A stretch of DNA of 61,899 nucleotides, filler included, from Deltaproteobacteria bacterium (GTDB lineage: Bacteria; JAEEML01), in assembly GCA_016283195.1 (NCBI GenBank). It is 6 parts of 6 records of this genome, joined end to end, with 100 filler letters (N's around TTAATTAATTAA, not from the genome) between each part and the next. Parts side by side here need not be neighbours in the genome. Positions count along the whole stretch, not along the records: positions 1 to 21,267 come from JAEEML010000068.1; 5 more parts are not named here. One strand, 5' to 3'. The notes under the pieces are model-generated. The model saw only the letters and a program-made list of their open reading frames with translations, was not told where the DNA came from and ran no database searches. Both the position numbers and the translations under genes were made by a program. Of this stretch, positions 9,371 through 19,334 are shown piece by piece. The stretch's first letter is position 1. Every line of letters starts with the position of its first letter.

Positions 9371-11512
9371 ATGCAAACACATAAAATGGTGAAAATAAGC
9401 GTTTTAGCTATGTTTACCTCTCTTGTTCTGGCTGCCTGTCAGAGCCAAAGCGACCCTTTAAAATACAATGTTGGCACCCATAATCGCACCAGCGCGGCGC
9501 TTATGGCTTTTGATAGTTGCAGTGATCTGGAAGCATCTTTAAAAGAGCATTTTAAGGAAGAAATGCGCACTCGCCTCATATATTTGAAAGATAGTGACTA
9601 TTTTTACCCTTATTATGGCCCGGTGTATGAAAATAGCGCTATGCCCAATGCTGCTCCCGATGCGGATTCCAAGAACGAAAGCGGCGCTGCGCCAGGTTCT
9701 AAAGAACCGGTAGAAGGAGTTGATTATTCCGGCACTAATAATCAGGAAGAGGGTGTTGATGAGGCCGATATAGTCAAAACCGACGGTCATTACATATATA
9801 TTTTAAACCAGGATAAACTGGAAATTATGGGTGTACCGGAGTTTGGCCAATTAACCAAAATTGGGAGCACTCAACTAGAGGGCTGGCCTCAGGCAATGCT
9901 TATTGATACCCCCGCCGACGGCCCGGCCAGAGCTATTATATTTTCTAATATTTACAGCCATATAGGCCTTGCTGCCGATGGCCCGCGCGATATTATCGGC
10001 TACCGTTATTCCCGGCTCAAAATCACTGTTTTGAATATTAGCGATCGGGAAAAACCTGTGCCTGAGCGCTCCCTCTACCTCGAGGGTCAGCTTTTAGCCG
10101 CCCGTAAAGTCGGCAAAACCATTCGCTTTGTTACTTATGCCTCTGTGCTGGATAATGGCCTATCTTCTTGGTATTGGCCAGATTATCCTAATGAACTTTA
10201 CGATATGGATCCTGATTCCATAAATTACGAAAATACCGTTAACAGAATTATCAATGAGACTATCGAGAAAAACGAACAGGCTATAGATGCACTTACACTG
10301 GGCGACTTTTTGCCCAAAATGGCGCTGAAAAACGGCAGCGGCAAATGGGAAGAGGTGCCCTTTACAGCCGAGGAATGTCGCAATTTCCAAATGGCGCAAG
10401 ACGGTGTGGGGCGGGGTATTGATTCCGTATTCACCATGAATCTTCTAAGCGGTGAACCAACCTATAATATAAACCATGTGGTGGCTAATGCCGGAGTTAT
10501 TTACGCTTCCAAAAATGATCTCGTCATTGCCGAGCCGGCCCAGGATTATTGGTGGTATTACGGGGTATCTGATTACGAGGAAGCCACTAATATCCACCGC
10601 TTTGATATCAGCGACCCCGATAAAACAGTTTATAGCGGCTCAGCGCGCATAGACGGCACCGTAGAAGATCAGTTTGCTCTTTCCGAATATGAAGGCATTA
10701 TTCGCGTGGCTGCTACTTTGGGGAATTGGAACCGCTGGTGGCTTAATGAGCAGGAAGTAAGCTCCAGCACTGTTTACACCTTGGGCGGCCCGGCCGGTAA
10801 ATTGGAAGTTTTGGGCAGCGTGGGCGGCATTGCCAAGGGCGAGCGCCTCTGGAGTGCCCGTTTTGACAAAAATGCCGGATATTTGGTTACTTTTAGAAAT
10901 ACCGATCCGCTCTGGACTATCGATATGAGTAACCCCAGTAAGCCCACCATTAAGGGCGAACTCAAAGTGCCCGGCGTTTCCACTTATATCCACCCGCTGG
11001 ATGAAGGCAACCATCTCTTAACCATCGGCTATGGTGGCAATAATGAGGCTCTTGACTGGCAACCGCAAATCTCGCTCTTTAATATTGAAGACTTTTCGAA
11101 GCCTTATTTGCAGAGTTCCCTTACCCTGGCTTCCGAATATGTTGATGGCGGTTGGTCTTGGAGCTATAGCGAAGCTCTTTATGAGCATAAAGCTTTCCAA
11201 TATTGGGGACCCATGTCTATGCTGGCGGTGCCGCTTACGAGCGATTACGGTCATTACGAGGGCGATACATATTACTGGGAGGTGCTGAGCCTTTTGCAAC
11301 TGGTGAAAGTTGATTTACAAGCGGGCCTTAGTAAATACGGCGCGGTGGATCACAGCCAGTTTTATCGCGAAAATGCCGATTTATATTGGTATTGGGGCGG
11401 CGATGTGCGCCGTTCTATCTTTATGGGCGAATATATTTATGCTATATCCTCGGCCGGCGTGAGTTGTAACCGCCTAGATGATATGTCACTAAAAGCGCGT
11501 ATTGCATTTTAA
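9371..11512 (+). CDS. Beta-propeller domain lipoprotein (Beta_propel family)
   Basis: Lipobox LAAC; SGTNNQEEGVDEADIVKTDG, VTFRNTDPL, GELKVPGVSTYIHP motifs. Confidence 0.85.
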   Translation: MQTHKMVKISVLAMFTSLVLAACQSQSDPLKYNVGTHNRTSAALMAFDSCSDLEASLKEHFKEEMRTRLIYLKDSDYFYPYYGPVYENSAMPNAAPDADSKNESGAAPGSKEPVEGVDYSGTNNQEEGVDEADIVKTDGHYIYILNQDKLEIMGVPEFGQLTKIGSTQLEGWPQAMLIDTPADGPARAIIFSNIYSHIGLAADGPRDIIGYRYSRLKITVLNISDREKPVPERSLYLEGQLLAARKVGKTIRFVTYASVLDNGLSSWYWPDYPNELYDMDPDSINYENTVNRIINETIEKNEQAIDALTLGDFLPKMALKNGSGKWEEVPFTAEECRNFQMAQDGVGRGIDSVFTMNLLSGEPTYNINHVVANAGVIYASKNDLVIAEPAQDYWWYYGVSDYEEATNIHRFDISDPDKTVYSGSARIDGTVEDQFALSEYEGIIRVAATLGNWNRWWLNEQEVSSSTVYTLGGPAGKLEVLGSVGGIAKGERLWSARFDKNAGYLVTFRNTDPLWTIDMSNPSKPTIKGELKVPGVSTYIHPLDEGNHLLTIGYGGNNEALDWQPQISLFNIEDFSKPYLQSSLTLASEYVDGGWSWSYSEALYEHKAFQYWGPMSMLAVPLTSDYGHYEGDTYYWEVLSLLQLVKVDLQAGLSKYGAVDHSQFYRENADLYWYWGGDVRRSIFMGEYIYAISSAGVSCNRLDDMSLKARIAF

Positions 11513-11536
11513 GCGCTGTTTTTTTAAGGAAAAATC

Positions 11537-12637
11537 ATGGGAATTGGAAATTTCTTGGAGAAGAAGCGGGCGCAAGCCACTTATTGGGCCCTCACCGAGC
11601 AGCATCCTTTGCGTTATCTTTTTATGGAAGTGACGCGTAAATGCAATTTAGCTTGTCGTTATTGCGGCAGTAATTGCACGCCCAAAGAGCAGGGCGAAGA
11701 GATGCCTATAGAAAAATGGATAGAGCTTTTAAGGCATGTGGCCGATAATTTTGATGCCAAGAAGGTTATGCTGGCTATTATGGGCGGCGAGCCCCTGATT
11801 AAGGAGGGCATATACGACCTCTTTGCCGAAGCGCAAAAGCTTGGTTTCCCTTACGGTATTGTCAGCAACGGCTACTTTATAGACGAAGAAGCAGCTAAAA
11901 AATTGGTCTCTTTGGGAATCGGCTCTATTTCCTTAAGCATGGACAGCATCCCCGAATATAACGATATGTTCCGTGGCAAGGGCAGCGCCGAAAAGACAGC
12001 CAGAGCTGTAAATAATTTACATGCTGCCGGTTATAAAGGCATTTTGGAGATTCTCTCCTCTCTCACCAATGTCACTGCCGACCATCTGGACGAAATGCGC
12101 ACATTTGTAGCCGAGCTCAGGGTACCGCGCTGGCGCCTGGTGCCGGTTTTTGCCATCGGGCGGGCCAAAGATCACGATTATTTAGTGAGCACCGAGCAGC
12201 TGAAGAATATTTTAACTTATGTAGCGAAAGGGCGCAAAGACGGCAAATTACCGGTGCCGGAATTTGGCGAAGAGAGCTATTTGGGCTGCTTTAACGATGA
12301 TGTGCGCCCGGCTAAATTTACCTGTAATGCCGGCCTCACGGTGGCCGGAGTGATGTTTGACGGCAAAGTCGGCGCCTGCCCGGAACTGGGGCCGGATTTT
12401 ATCCAGGGCGATTTAAAAGAAGATACTTTTACCAATATCTGGAACAAGCGTTACCAAATCTTCCGCGACCGCAGTTGGACCAAAAAACTGGGCCCCTGCG
12501 CCAAATGCAAGAGCTTTAAATATTGCCACGGCGGCAGTTTGCACCTCTACCCCGATACCAAAACGCCGATAAGCCGCTGTTTTTATGATATGCTGGGCGG
12601 TGAAAAGGGCTGTAAAGAGCTGCACGAAGCTGGGTGA
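11537..12637 (+). CDS. Radical SAM/SPASM protein
   Basis: CNLACRYC, GGEP, C-terminal CNAG...AC...CAKC..F..CHGG. Confidence 0.88.
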   Translation: MGIGNFLEKKRAQATYWALTEQHPLRYLFMEVTRKCNLACRYCGSNCTPKEQGEEMPIEKWIELLRHVADNFDAKKVMLAIMGGEPLIKEGIYDLFAEAQKLGFPYGIVSNGYFIDEEAAKKLVSLGIGSISLSMDSIPEYNDMFRGKGSAEKTARAVNNLHAAGYKGILEILSSLTNVTADHLDEMRTFVAELRVPRWRLVPVFAIGRAKDHDYLVSTEQLKNILTYVAKGRKDGKLPVPEFGEESYLGCFNDDVRPAKFTCNAGLTVAGVMFDGKVGACPELGPDFIQGDLKEDTFTNIWNKRYQIFRDRSWTKKLGPCAKCKSFKYCHGGSLHLYPDTKTPISRCFYDMLGGEKGCKELHEAG

Positions 12638-12668
12638 GCTTTAAATAAAAATATTTGCCGCCAATTGT

Positions 12669-13208
12669 TTATTTCAGCTTAAAACTTAAACAGATAGTTA
12701 GAATAAAAAAGAGCACCACTCCGCCAAAGGCCCAGGAGACAGGCGAGAGGTGGAGCAAAGTGCCGCTGCCGTTCCAAAAATCATTAAAAGAGGCCACATA
12801 TAAAAGGCGATCGCGGTAAAGAACAATGCCGGTAGCCAAAGCGGCAAGGCTCAAAATCCATGGCAATTGCAGCATCACAGTGTGGCCGCTTAAGGCCGTG
12901 AGGCGGGAATAGCCGTAAGAAATAATGAGCACAATATAGCCTAAAAGCACAATGGCGGCCGAGAGCAAAAGCGGCTTGGTGGTGATTAGGGGAAAATTTT
13001 CCGGGGAAAGAAAATAAGAGAGGCTCCAATCACCGTGAAAGCGAAAGATGTAGAGCAAATACGGCGAGGCAGCAATGGTTTCATAGGCAAAAAGCAGGAG
13101 GAAAAGCCAACCAAAAAAGTTTTGGCTAAGTTCATCGCTTTTGCGGCGCAGAAAGACCACCAGCCAAGCTAAAAGTATTGAGAGGGCAAGCATAATGACA
13201 ATGGGCAT
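12669..13208 (-). CDS. Hypothetical integral membrane protein
   Basis: About five hydrophobic segments; GAGG RBS. Confidence 0.65.
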   Translation of the reverse strand: MPIVIMLALSILLAWLVVFLRRKSDELSQNFFGWLFLLLFAYETIAASPYLLYIFRFHGDWSLSYFLSPENFPLITTKPLLLSAAIVLLGYIVLIISYGYSRLTALSGHTVMLQLPWILSLAALATGIVLYRDRLLYVASFNDFWNGSGTLLHLSPVSWAFGGVVLFFILTICLSFKLK

Positions 13209-13364
13209 TTTTTACCTCGCGGCCGAAAGAGAAAGACTAAGGCCGCTTCTCTTTTAGCAGAGTAAAATTGATTTTCCAATTATTTGCCAAAATGGCCTTT
13301 TTAGACTTATATTGGCTTTGTCTTTAACCTTCCTTTTTCGGGATAAAGGCAGCCAGAGGAAAGA

Positions 13365-14219
13365 ATGATCGGCGCTTTAAAGATAGCAAAAGATAACAAA
13401 AGAGTTTTCCTGTGGCTTTTTGCTGCCTTATGCCTCCCGGCCTGCGGGGCTTCTACCAGGCAAAATAGAGCAATGGAACGCGATGTGCAAAAGATCATTG
13501 CCATTATGCAGCAGGATTTTAATTATGATGAAGGCTTTACCCTGGCCGAAGCCGGCTATATTCATTATATAAAAGAGGGCGAAACTATTTGGGCACTGGC
13601 TAAAAAATACGATGTGCCGGTGGAAAATCTTTTGGCTATTAACGATATTAAAGAACCTACAAAATTAACGGTCGGCACGCGTATTTATATCCCCAAAACC
13701 GAAGAAAGCGAAATTGCTTCGGCTAAAGCCAGCGGTAAAACTCCGGCTACGGCTCAAAAGAATACCAGCGTCAATGTGGCTCTTTCGCAGGCCAATAAGG
13801 ATAAAAAGGGCCAAGCTAAAGCCAACGATAAAGATAAAAAATTTAAAGACCTTTGCTGGCCGGTTGAGGGTACGACAATTACTTCGCGTTTTGGCGAGCG
13901 CTGGGGCAAAAAACATAGCGGTATTGATATGGGTAGCCCCATGGGTACGCCAGTAAGAGCTGCCGCAGCCGGAGAAGTCATTCTCTCGGCTTTTAATTCC
14001 AGCGGTTATGGCAATGTGATTCTGCTTATGCACGATAACGGCTACTTTACTCTTTATGCCCACAATAAGCGCAATTTGGTAAAAGAGGGCGAGCGGGTTA
14101 AAAGATGCCAGCAAATAGCTGAGCTGGGCAGCACCGGCCGTTCTACCGGCCCCCACCTGCATTTTGAAGTGCGGGAAGGTGAGACAGCTAAAAACCCGCT
14201 GGAATATTTAGAGCCCTAG
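13365..14219 (+). CDS. LysM + M23 peptidase lipoprotein (NlpD/MepM-like)
   Basis: LPAC lipobox, LysM (IKEGETIWALAKKY), HSGID, YAH, TGPHLHFE. Confidence 0.9.
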   Translation: MIGALKIAKDNKRVFLWLFAALCLPACGASTRQNRAMERDVQKIIAIMQQDFNYDEGFTLAEAGYIHYIKEGETIWALAKKYDVPVENLLAINDIKEPTKLTVGTRIYIPKTEESEIASAKASGKTPATAQKNTSVNVALSQANKDKKGQAKANDKDKKFKDLCWPVEGTTITSRFGERWGKKHSGIDMGSPMGTPVRAAAAGEVILSAFNSSGYGNVILLMHDNGYFTLYAHNKRNLVKEGERVKRCQQIAELGSTGRSTGPHLHFEVREGETAKNPLEYLEP

Positions 14220-14223
14220 CGCC

Positions 14224-15120
14224 TTAATCTTGCCCGGGTATTCTTCTCTCTGCCCGCCAGGTTGCCAGTAATTTATGCGCTTTTTCCACCAGCTCCGGCG
14301 AGATGCCAAAAATTTTTTGAATATTTTGCGCATATTCCGGGCCGCTTATGCTCTCTTTGCTCATGCCGCTACTCGTAATATGGCGCAATTGGTGATGGTG
14401 CAAATAGAGGCGGCCATTATCTCCGGCATAAGTGGTGATTAAAATTTTCCCGAGGCCAGGAGAGGTAAAAGAGGCGCGCCAAAGGTCCAAAAAGCGGCCT
14501 GGAGTAAGCGGAATGGCATTTAGGCGGTAGCGCTCTTTGGTTTCATTATCGGTGGTGGTGGTGACAGAGTAGCGTTTTTCGCCCAGATAATTAAGATTTA
14601 CTAGGGCAAAGCCGTTATCAAGAGTGGCATTTTGCTCCGGGATAAAGCGCATTGGCCGGGCCAGGAGATAGCCGGGATCGACATAATAAATCTCGCCGTC
14701 CATAGCTTCGGCCATGAGCGCGCAGTGGGCATTGGGGCGCGAGCCGATGTCGCAGGTAAAAAGGGCGCAAGGGTAGCCCAAAAATTGCAAAATAGTGGCC
14801 AGAGCGTGGGTGAGTGAGTAACAGGTGCCGCCGCCGCCAAAGCGAATATAATCTTTAAGCACGGTGAGCGGGCTCCTTAAGAGCGGGCTTTTCCCGCCGC
14901 TTCCGCCGGCAAATTTGGCAATTATCTTAGTGATGTTTTCATAGGGCAAAAGAGTGTAGGCTTCAACTATTTCGCCCAAAAAATCAAAGCTTGGGGCCCG
15001 CTGCCTAATGGAAAAGTGCTCCAAAAAGAGGGTGGCCGTAAGTTCCATTTCCTCTTTTTGCGCCGCAAAATCGGGCATTACACTATTATGAGTAACAAAA
15101 GGCAAGGGCAAAGAAAGCAT
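14224..15120 (-). CDS. Arylamine N-acetyltransferase family protein (start uncertain)
   Basis: PYEN, GGGTCY, HCAL, YVDPG: Cys-His-Asp triad pattern. Confidence 0.75.
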   Translation of the reverse strand: MLSLPLPFVTHNSVMPDFAAQKEEMELTATLFLEHFSIRQRAPSFDFLGEIVEAYTLLPYENITKIIAKFAGGSGGKSPLLRSPLTVLKDYIRFGGGGTCYSLTHALATILQFLGYPCALFTCDIGSRPNAHCALMAEAMDGEIYYVDPGYLLARPMRFIPEQNATLDNGFALVNLNYLGEKRYSVTTTTDNETKERYRLNAIPLTPGRFLDLWRASFTSPGLGKILITTYAGDNGRLYLHHHQLRHITSSGMSKESISGPEYAQNIQKIFGISPELVEKAHKLLATWRAERRIPGQD

Positions 15121-15168
15121 TAATACTTCGCGATGATAGAGGCTTTAAAGAAGCCCCGCGGCTTATTC

Positions 15169-15531
15169 TTAGCCGTATGTCCGCTCTTCGCGCTCCTGAT
15201 CTTCTTTGCAACGAATGCAGAGTGTGGTAACCGGGCGGGCCTCCAGGCGCTTTAAGCTGATTTCTTCACCGCAATTTTCGCAAATGCCAAATTCGCCGGT
15301 TTCGATTTTTTTTAAGGCCGCCTCTACTTTGTTAAGATAAGTTTTTTCGCGGTCGCGCAGGCGGAGAGCCAGGGATTGCAAGTATTCTGATGAGGCTTGG
15401 TCGGTCTCATCGGGCAGTTCGTTAGTGTCAACCTTGGCTTCGTCGTTTAAGGTTTTAGCGGCTTTGCGCAAAACTTCTTGTTGTTCCTTCAAAAGTATTG
15501 CTTTGAATTTTGCCAGTTCCTTTTTATCCAT
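15169..15531 (-). CDS. dksA: DksA/TraR C4 zinc-finger protein
   Basis: DETDQA coiled-coil tip, CENC...RLEARP...CIRC. Confidence 0.85.
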   Translation of the reverse strand: MDKKELAKFKAILLKEQQEVLRKAAKTLNDEAKVDTNELPDETDQASSEYLQSLALRLRDREKTYLNKVEAALKKIETGEFGICENCGEEISLKRLEARPVTTLCIRCKEDQEREERTYG

Positions 15532-15726
15532 AGTACGCTCCTCTGATAACCGGCCGCTTGGTGGTTACAGCCTTTAGAGTGTGCTTTTTAAAATAGGCTG
15601 GCGTAGGTGTCAACAGTTCATTATTAGAAAGAGCATTCTTTTAAGGTGTTGCATATAGGCGGATTATTGGGTAAATAATGCCGGCTGGATGGCCATAAAG
15701 CCATTTATAAGGAAAAAGTTTTAAAC

Positions 15727-16314
15727 ATGGGAAATTCGCCGTCTGCTTCTTTTATCGAAAAAGCCGCCGGAGCGGTTATCGCTCTTGTGCGTCCGCGCCT
15801 GGAGCAAGATTCCACCGCTATTGCTCTTTTCGGTGATTATAACTGTGGAGCCAAAGCTGTAAGCGAGAGAATAGCTGAGCTGCTCGATAAGGAGGATTTC
15901 ACCGTCCTCTTAATCAGCGAAGACGACTATTTTCGCCTAACTCCGGCAGCCAATTTGCAAAAACGCATCGAAGAGCCTGATTGGGTAGGGGTGGGAGAAG
16001 TACGCCTGGAGCTTTTGGATAGCCATATCGGCAAGCTTTTAGGCGAAAAAGGGCCGATAGAAAAGCCAGTGATTATCGCTGCCGAAGAGCGCTTTGATAC
16101 CGAGCAGATAGCGGCTTTTCATTACGATCTTATTTTAGTTTACGGCGCCTATACCGGCTTTCTTAGCAAAGTAAATCATCGCGTTTTTTTAAACCCGGCC
16201 TCACCAGACGATTTGCCTATGGATAATCCCATATTCAGTGCCATTTATCAGCGGGAAAAAGAGTGCATAAACGAGGAAAAAAAGGCCGCCGATTTGGAAA
16301 TAGGGCAGGACTAG
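15727..16314 (+). CDS. Uridine kinase-like P-loop protein, degenerate Walker A
   Basis: IALFGDYNCGAK, ISEDDYF, WVGVGEV. Confidence 0.55.
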   Translation: MGNSPSASFIEKAAGAVIALVRPRLEQDSTAIALFGDYNCGAKAVSERIAELLDKEDFTVLLISEDDYFRLTPAANLQKRIEEPDWVGVGEVRLELLDSHIGKLLGEKGPIEKPVIIAAEERFDTEQIAAFHYDLILVYGAYTGFLSKVNHRVFLNPASPDDLPMDNPIFSAIYQREKECINEEKKAADLEIGQD

Positions 16315-16361
16315 CCCGCTTAATTTGGCTGTTTTATATAAATATTGGGAGGCCTTAGACG

Positions 16362-17288
16362 ATGGTGCCTACTATTTCCGTTGTAGTACCTTGCTTTAAT
16401 GAAGAAGAGGCTATTCCTATTTTTCTTGCCGAGACGCAAAAAGTTTTAAATTCGCTAAATGTCTCTTATGAATTTATCTTTGTTGACGACGGCTCAACGG
16501 ATAATACGCTCAATGTTTTGGCAGAACTTACGCAAAAAGACTCCAGTGTGCATTATCTGAGTTTTTCGCGCAATTTCGGCAAAGAAGCCGGCCTCTATGC
16601 CGGCCTTTCCAAGGCTATTGGCGATTATATCACGGTGATGGACGCCGATTTGCAAGATCCGCCGGCGCTTTTGCCGGAGATGCTCGCCGCTATTCAGCAA
16701 GAGGGCTATGACTGCGCTGCCACCAGGCGGGTTACCCGCAAAAACGAGCCGCCGATACGCTCCTTTTTTGCCCGGATGTTTTACAAACTGATGGGTCTTT
16801 TTAGCGATGTGCCCGTGGTGGATGGGGCGCGTGATTTTCGCCTGATGACTAGGTGCTATAAAGATGCCGTGCTGAGTGTCATGGAGCGTTGCCGCTTCAG
16901 CAAAGGCATATTCCCTTGGGTGGGCTTTAAAACCAAATGGTTTTCTTATGAAAATATCGCCCGCGTAGCCGGAACAACCAAGTGGTCGTTTTGGAAGCTT
17001 TTTTTATATGCCATTGACGGAATTATCGGTTTTTCCACCAAGCCGCTGGCTTTTTCCGCCATGGCCGGGGTTTTATCGCTGATTTTGGCTTTGGGGCTCA
17101 TTATTTTCATTGCCGCCCGCCGCATATTCTTTGGTGACCCGGTGCCGGGCTGGGCCAGCCTTGTTTGTTTCATTACCTTTTTCTCCGGTTTGCAATTATT
17201 CAGCCTGGGCATCTGCGGCCTTTATATTGCCAAAATATATACGGAAGTAAAAAAACGGCCTCTTTATATAATAAGAGCGGAAAAATAG
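16362..17288 (+). CDS. GT2 polyprenyl-phosphate glycosyltransferase (GtrB-like)
   Basis: VVPCFNEE, DDGSTD, FSRNFGKEA, MDADLQDPP, two C-terminal TMs. Confidence 0.92.
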   Translation: MVPTISVVVPCFNEEEAIPIFLAETQKVLNSLNVSYEFIFVDDGSTDNTLNVLAELTQKDSSVHYLSFSRNFGKEAGLYAGLSKAIGDYITVMDADLQDPPALLPEMLAAIQQEGYDCAATRRVTRKNEPPIRSFFARMFYKLMGLFSDVPVVDGARDFRLMTRCYKDAVLSVMERCRFSKGIFPWVGFKTKWFSYENIARVAGTTKWSFWKLFLYAIDGIIGFSTKPLAFSAMAGVLSLILALGLIIFIAARRIFFGDPVPGWASLVCFITFFSGLQLFSLGICGLYIAKIYTEVKKRPLYIIRAEK

Positions 17289-17312
17289 AAAATCTGCTTT
17301 ATATTCAGCCTG

Positions 17313-18950
17313 TTATGGCGCAAGACCGAGCAAGTAACCTCCCAGCCTGCGGTATTCTAAGTTATAAGGCGGGGTTTTACCGGCTTGGGCTCTGAAAATA
17401 TAAAGTGTGTCGGCTCTGGGGGGGCGCGCCAGCTCTTTGAATTTAGTGTCAAAGACCTTTTCGCTGCCATGGGCAATGTAAAATCTATTCACTGTTTTTT
17501 GGTTTTTCATCGAGAAGTTGACAATGGCGTAAAGATCCTCTTTGGCAAATTTTTCGGCCATAAAAATATATTTAATATTGGTGTCTTGGGCTATTTCCTG
17601 CCAGAGCGGATTTTTTAGTATTTTAGGATTATATTGTTTTACCCGGTTGAAATTTGCTCTTTTGGCCTTTAATACCGGATAAATATCAACACCTTGGATA
17701 ATAATGGCCACGCTTATACAAGTTATGGCCAAATAGCGGCGGGGTAACTTGGCCGCTTCTCTTATGGCAAAGATAAAGATGAAGTAAACACAAATCCAGG
17801 AAAATCTGCCGGAAGATCTGAAAGTGCCCAAGACTTCTTTTAGCCCCTTGGGCAGCGGAATGGTGCAAAGCGTCAATCCGTTAAAGGTGATTTTGTCGGC
17901 CATGGCAAAGAGCAAAGCGGCCATAAACACAGCAAAAACCGGCACTAAAGTAGTTAAACCGGCCTTAAGTGCGCTTAGCCTTTCCAAAGCAAAAAATTCG
18001 ATAACGGCCCATATAGTAAGAAACAGGATGCCGGCCCCCAAATAGGCAAAGCCTTCATTTTGACCGCTTAATGAAGGCAATTTGTTAAAAAAGAAATATT
18101 TCCAGCCTCCGGTATTGAAAAAAGCGTTTAAATTCATATTGAAGTAGCCAAAGCCTCCGGCAGAAGCGGTGGCCACTTCGGTGGAAAAGCCGCCCAGCAA
18201 AAAAATAGTTATGGCGGTAGTTAATAAAAAGGCCGAGGCAGTGGCGATAAACTTTTTGCGCCCGTTTTTTTGTAATAATTTTTTTAAGAAAAGCCCGCCC
18301 AGGATAAGGCCGTTCATGCCAACATAATAAATATGGATAGAGGCGGATAAAAAAGCGATTAAAGCCCAAAAAAGCGGCTCTTTTTTGCCTGCCGGCTCCG
18401 GAGCCAGGAGGGCATAGAGGCCCAGCAGCAAAACCCATTGGCCGCCGAGAGCGGTGTGGGCATACATGCGGTAAATAACTACGGGCGCCGCCACAAAGAA
18501 GAGACTGCCTAAAAATATTTGCTCTTTATGAGAAGTAAAAAGTTGCAAAATTTTGGCGGCTATTAAGCCCTGGAGCATAAAGGAGATAATTCCGAAAAAG
18601 CCAAAATATTGAAAATCGGCCGGCAAAATCGGGCTAAGTAATTTAAAAAAAACAGCCAGAAGCGGGATGGAATCGGTGAATATCACCGAAGTGGCAAAGG
18701 GATATGAAAGCTCGCGGGAGAGGCCGAAGGGAAAGAGCCAGGGGGAATTGCGAAATGCAAGCCAGCCCAAATAGTGCTGACTTAAATCGCCGCCGGCCAT
18801 CAGCCAGTCAACGTAGCAGGGATTCAGAATATAAAAGCCGTAAAAAGCACAAAAAATCAGCCCTGAGGTGAGAGCTAGGGCACTATTAAAAAAGAGAGCA
18901 GATGAAAGAAGAGACTTTAATTTTGCTTTGCTTGCTGAAACATTAAACAT
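17313..18950 (-). CDS. Multi-TM membrane protein, DUF6311-like (putative GT-C)
   Basis: GDLSQHYLGW, FTDSIPL, EGFAYLG, FRSSGRF motifs; next to GtrB-like gene. Confidence 0.7.
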   Translation of the reverse strand: MFNVSASKAKLKSLLSSALFFNSALALTSGLIFCAFYGFYILNPCYVDWLMAGGDLSQHYLGWLAFRNSPWLFPFGLSRELSYPFATSVIFTDSIPLLAVFFKLLSPILPADFQYFGFFGIISFMLQGLIAAKILQLFTSHKEQIFLGSLFFVAAPVVIYRMYAHTALGGQWVLLLGLYALLAPEPAGKKEPLFWALIAFLSASIHIYYVGMNGLILGGLFLKKLLQKNGRKKFIATASAFLLTTAITIFLLGGFSTEVATASAGGFGYFNMNLNAFFNTGGWKYFFFNKLPSLSGQNEGFAYLGAGILFLTIWAVIEFFALERLSALKAGLTTLVPVFAVFMAALLFAMADKITFNGLTLCTIPLPKGLKEVLGTFRSSGRFSWICVYFIFIFAIREAAKLPRRYLAITCISVAIIIQGVDIYPVLKAKRANFNRVKQYNPKILKNPLWQEIAQDTNIKYIFMAEKFAKEDLYAIVNFSMKNQKTVNRFYIAHGSEKVFDTKFKELARPPRADTLYIFRAQAGKTPPYNLEYRRLGGYLLGLAP

Positions 18951-18962
18951 TACTTATCTTAA

Positions 18963-19190
18963 TTAAATCTCGTCTTGATATTCGGCCAGGAACTTGGAAA
19001 AACTCTCATCGAGCATTTGCGTGGCCACCTCTTCCGGGGTGGGTTCCGGTTTGGAAAAGAGGGTTATGCCAATGGAAATAAGGCCGGCAATTAAAAGCAC
19101 TGCCACAATCAGGGCGCTTTTCTTTTGCCAATCGGCCAAACTCTCTTCAATTTCGGCAAAATTCTCACAAGCGGCTAATGACATGGGCAT
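18963..19190 (-). CDS. Small hypothetical single-TM protein
   Basis: GGAGG RBS, one TM. Confidence 0.55.
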   Translation of the reverse strand: MPMSLAACENFAEIEESLADWQKKSALIVAVLLIAGLISIGITLFSKPEPTPEEVATQMLDESFSKFLAEYQDEI

Positions 19191-19334
19191 CTACCTCCAA
19201 ATAAATGCAATCTCATCTTAATCAGCTATTGAAATAGGTCAAAAAAAGTGCCTATAGTAGCGCGCCCGGTTGAAGTGTGAAGGTAAAACTTCGCCCGGTT
19301 TTGGCTTAATAATGAGCCTTTAGCAGGAGAGAGT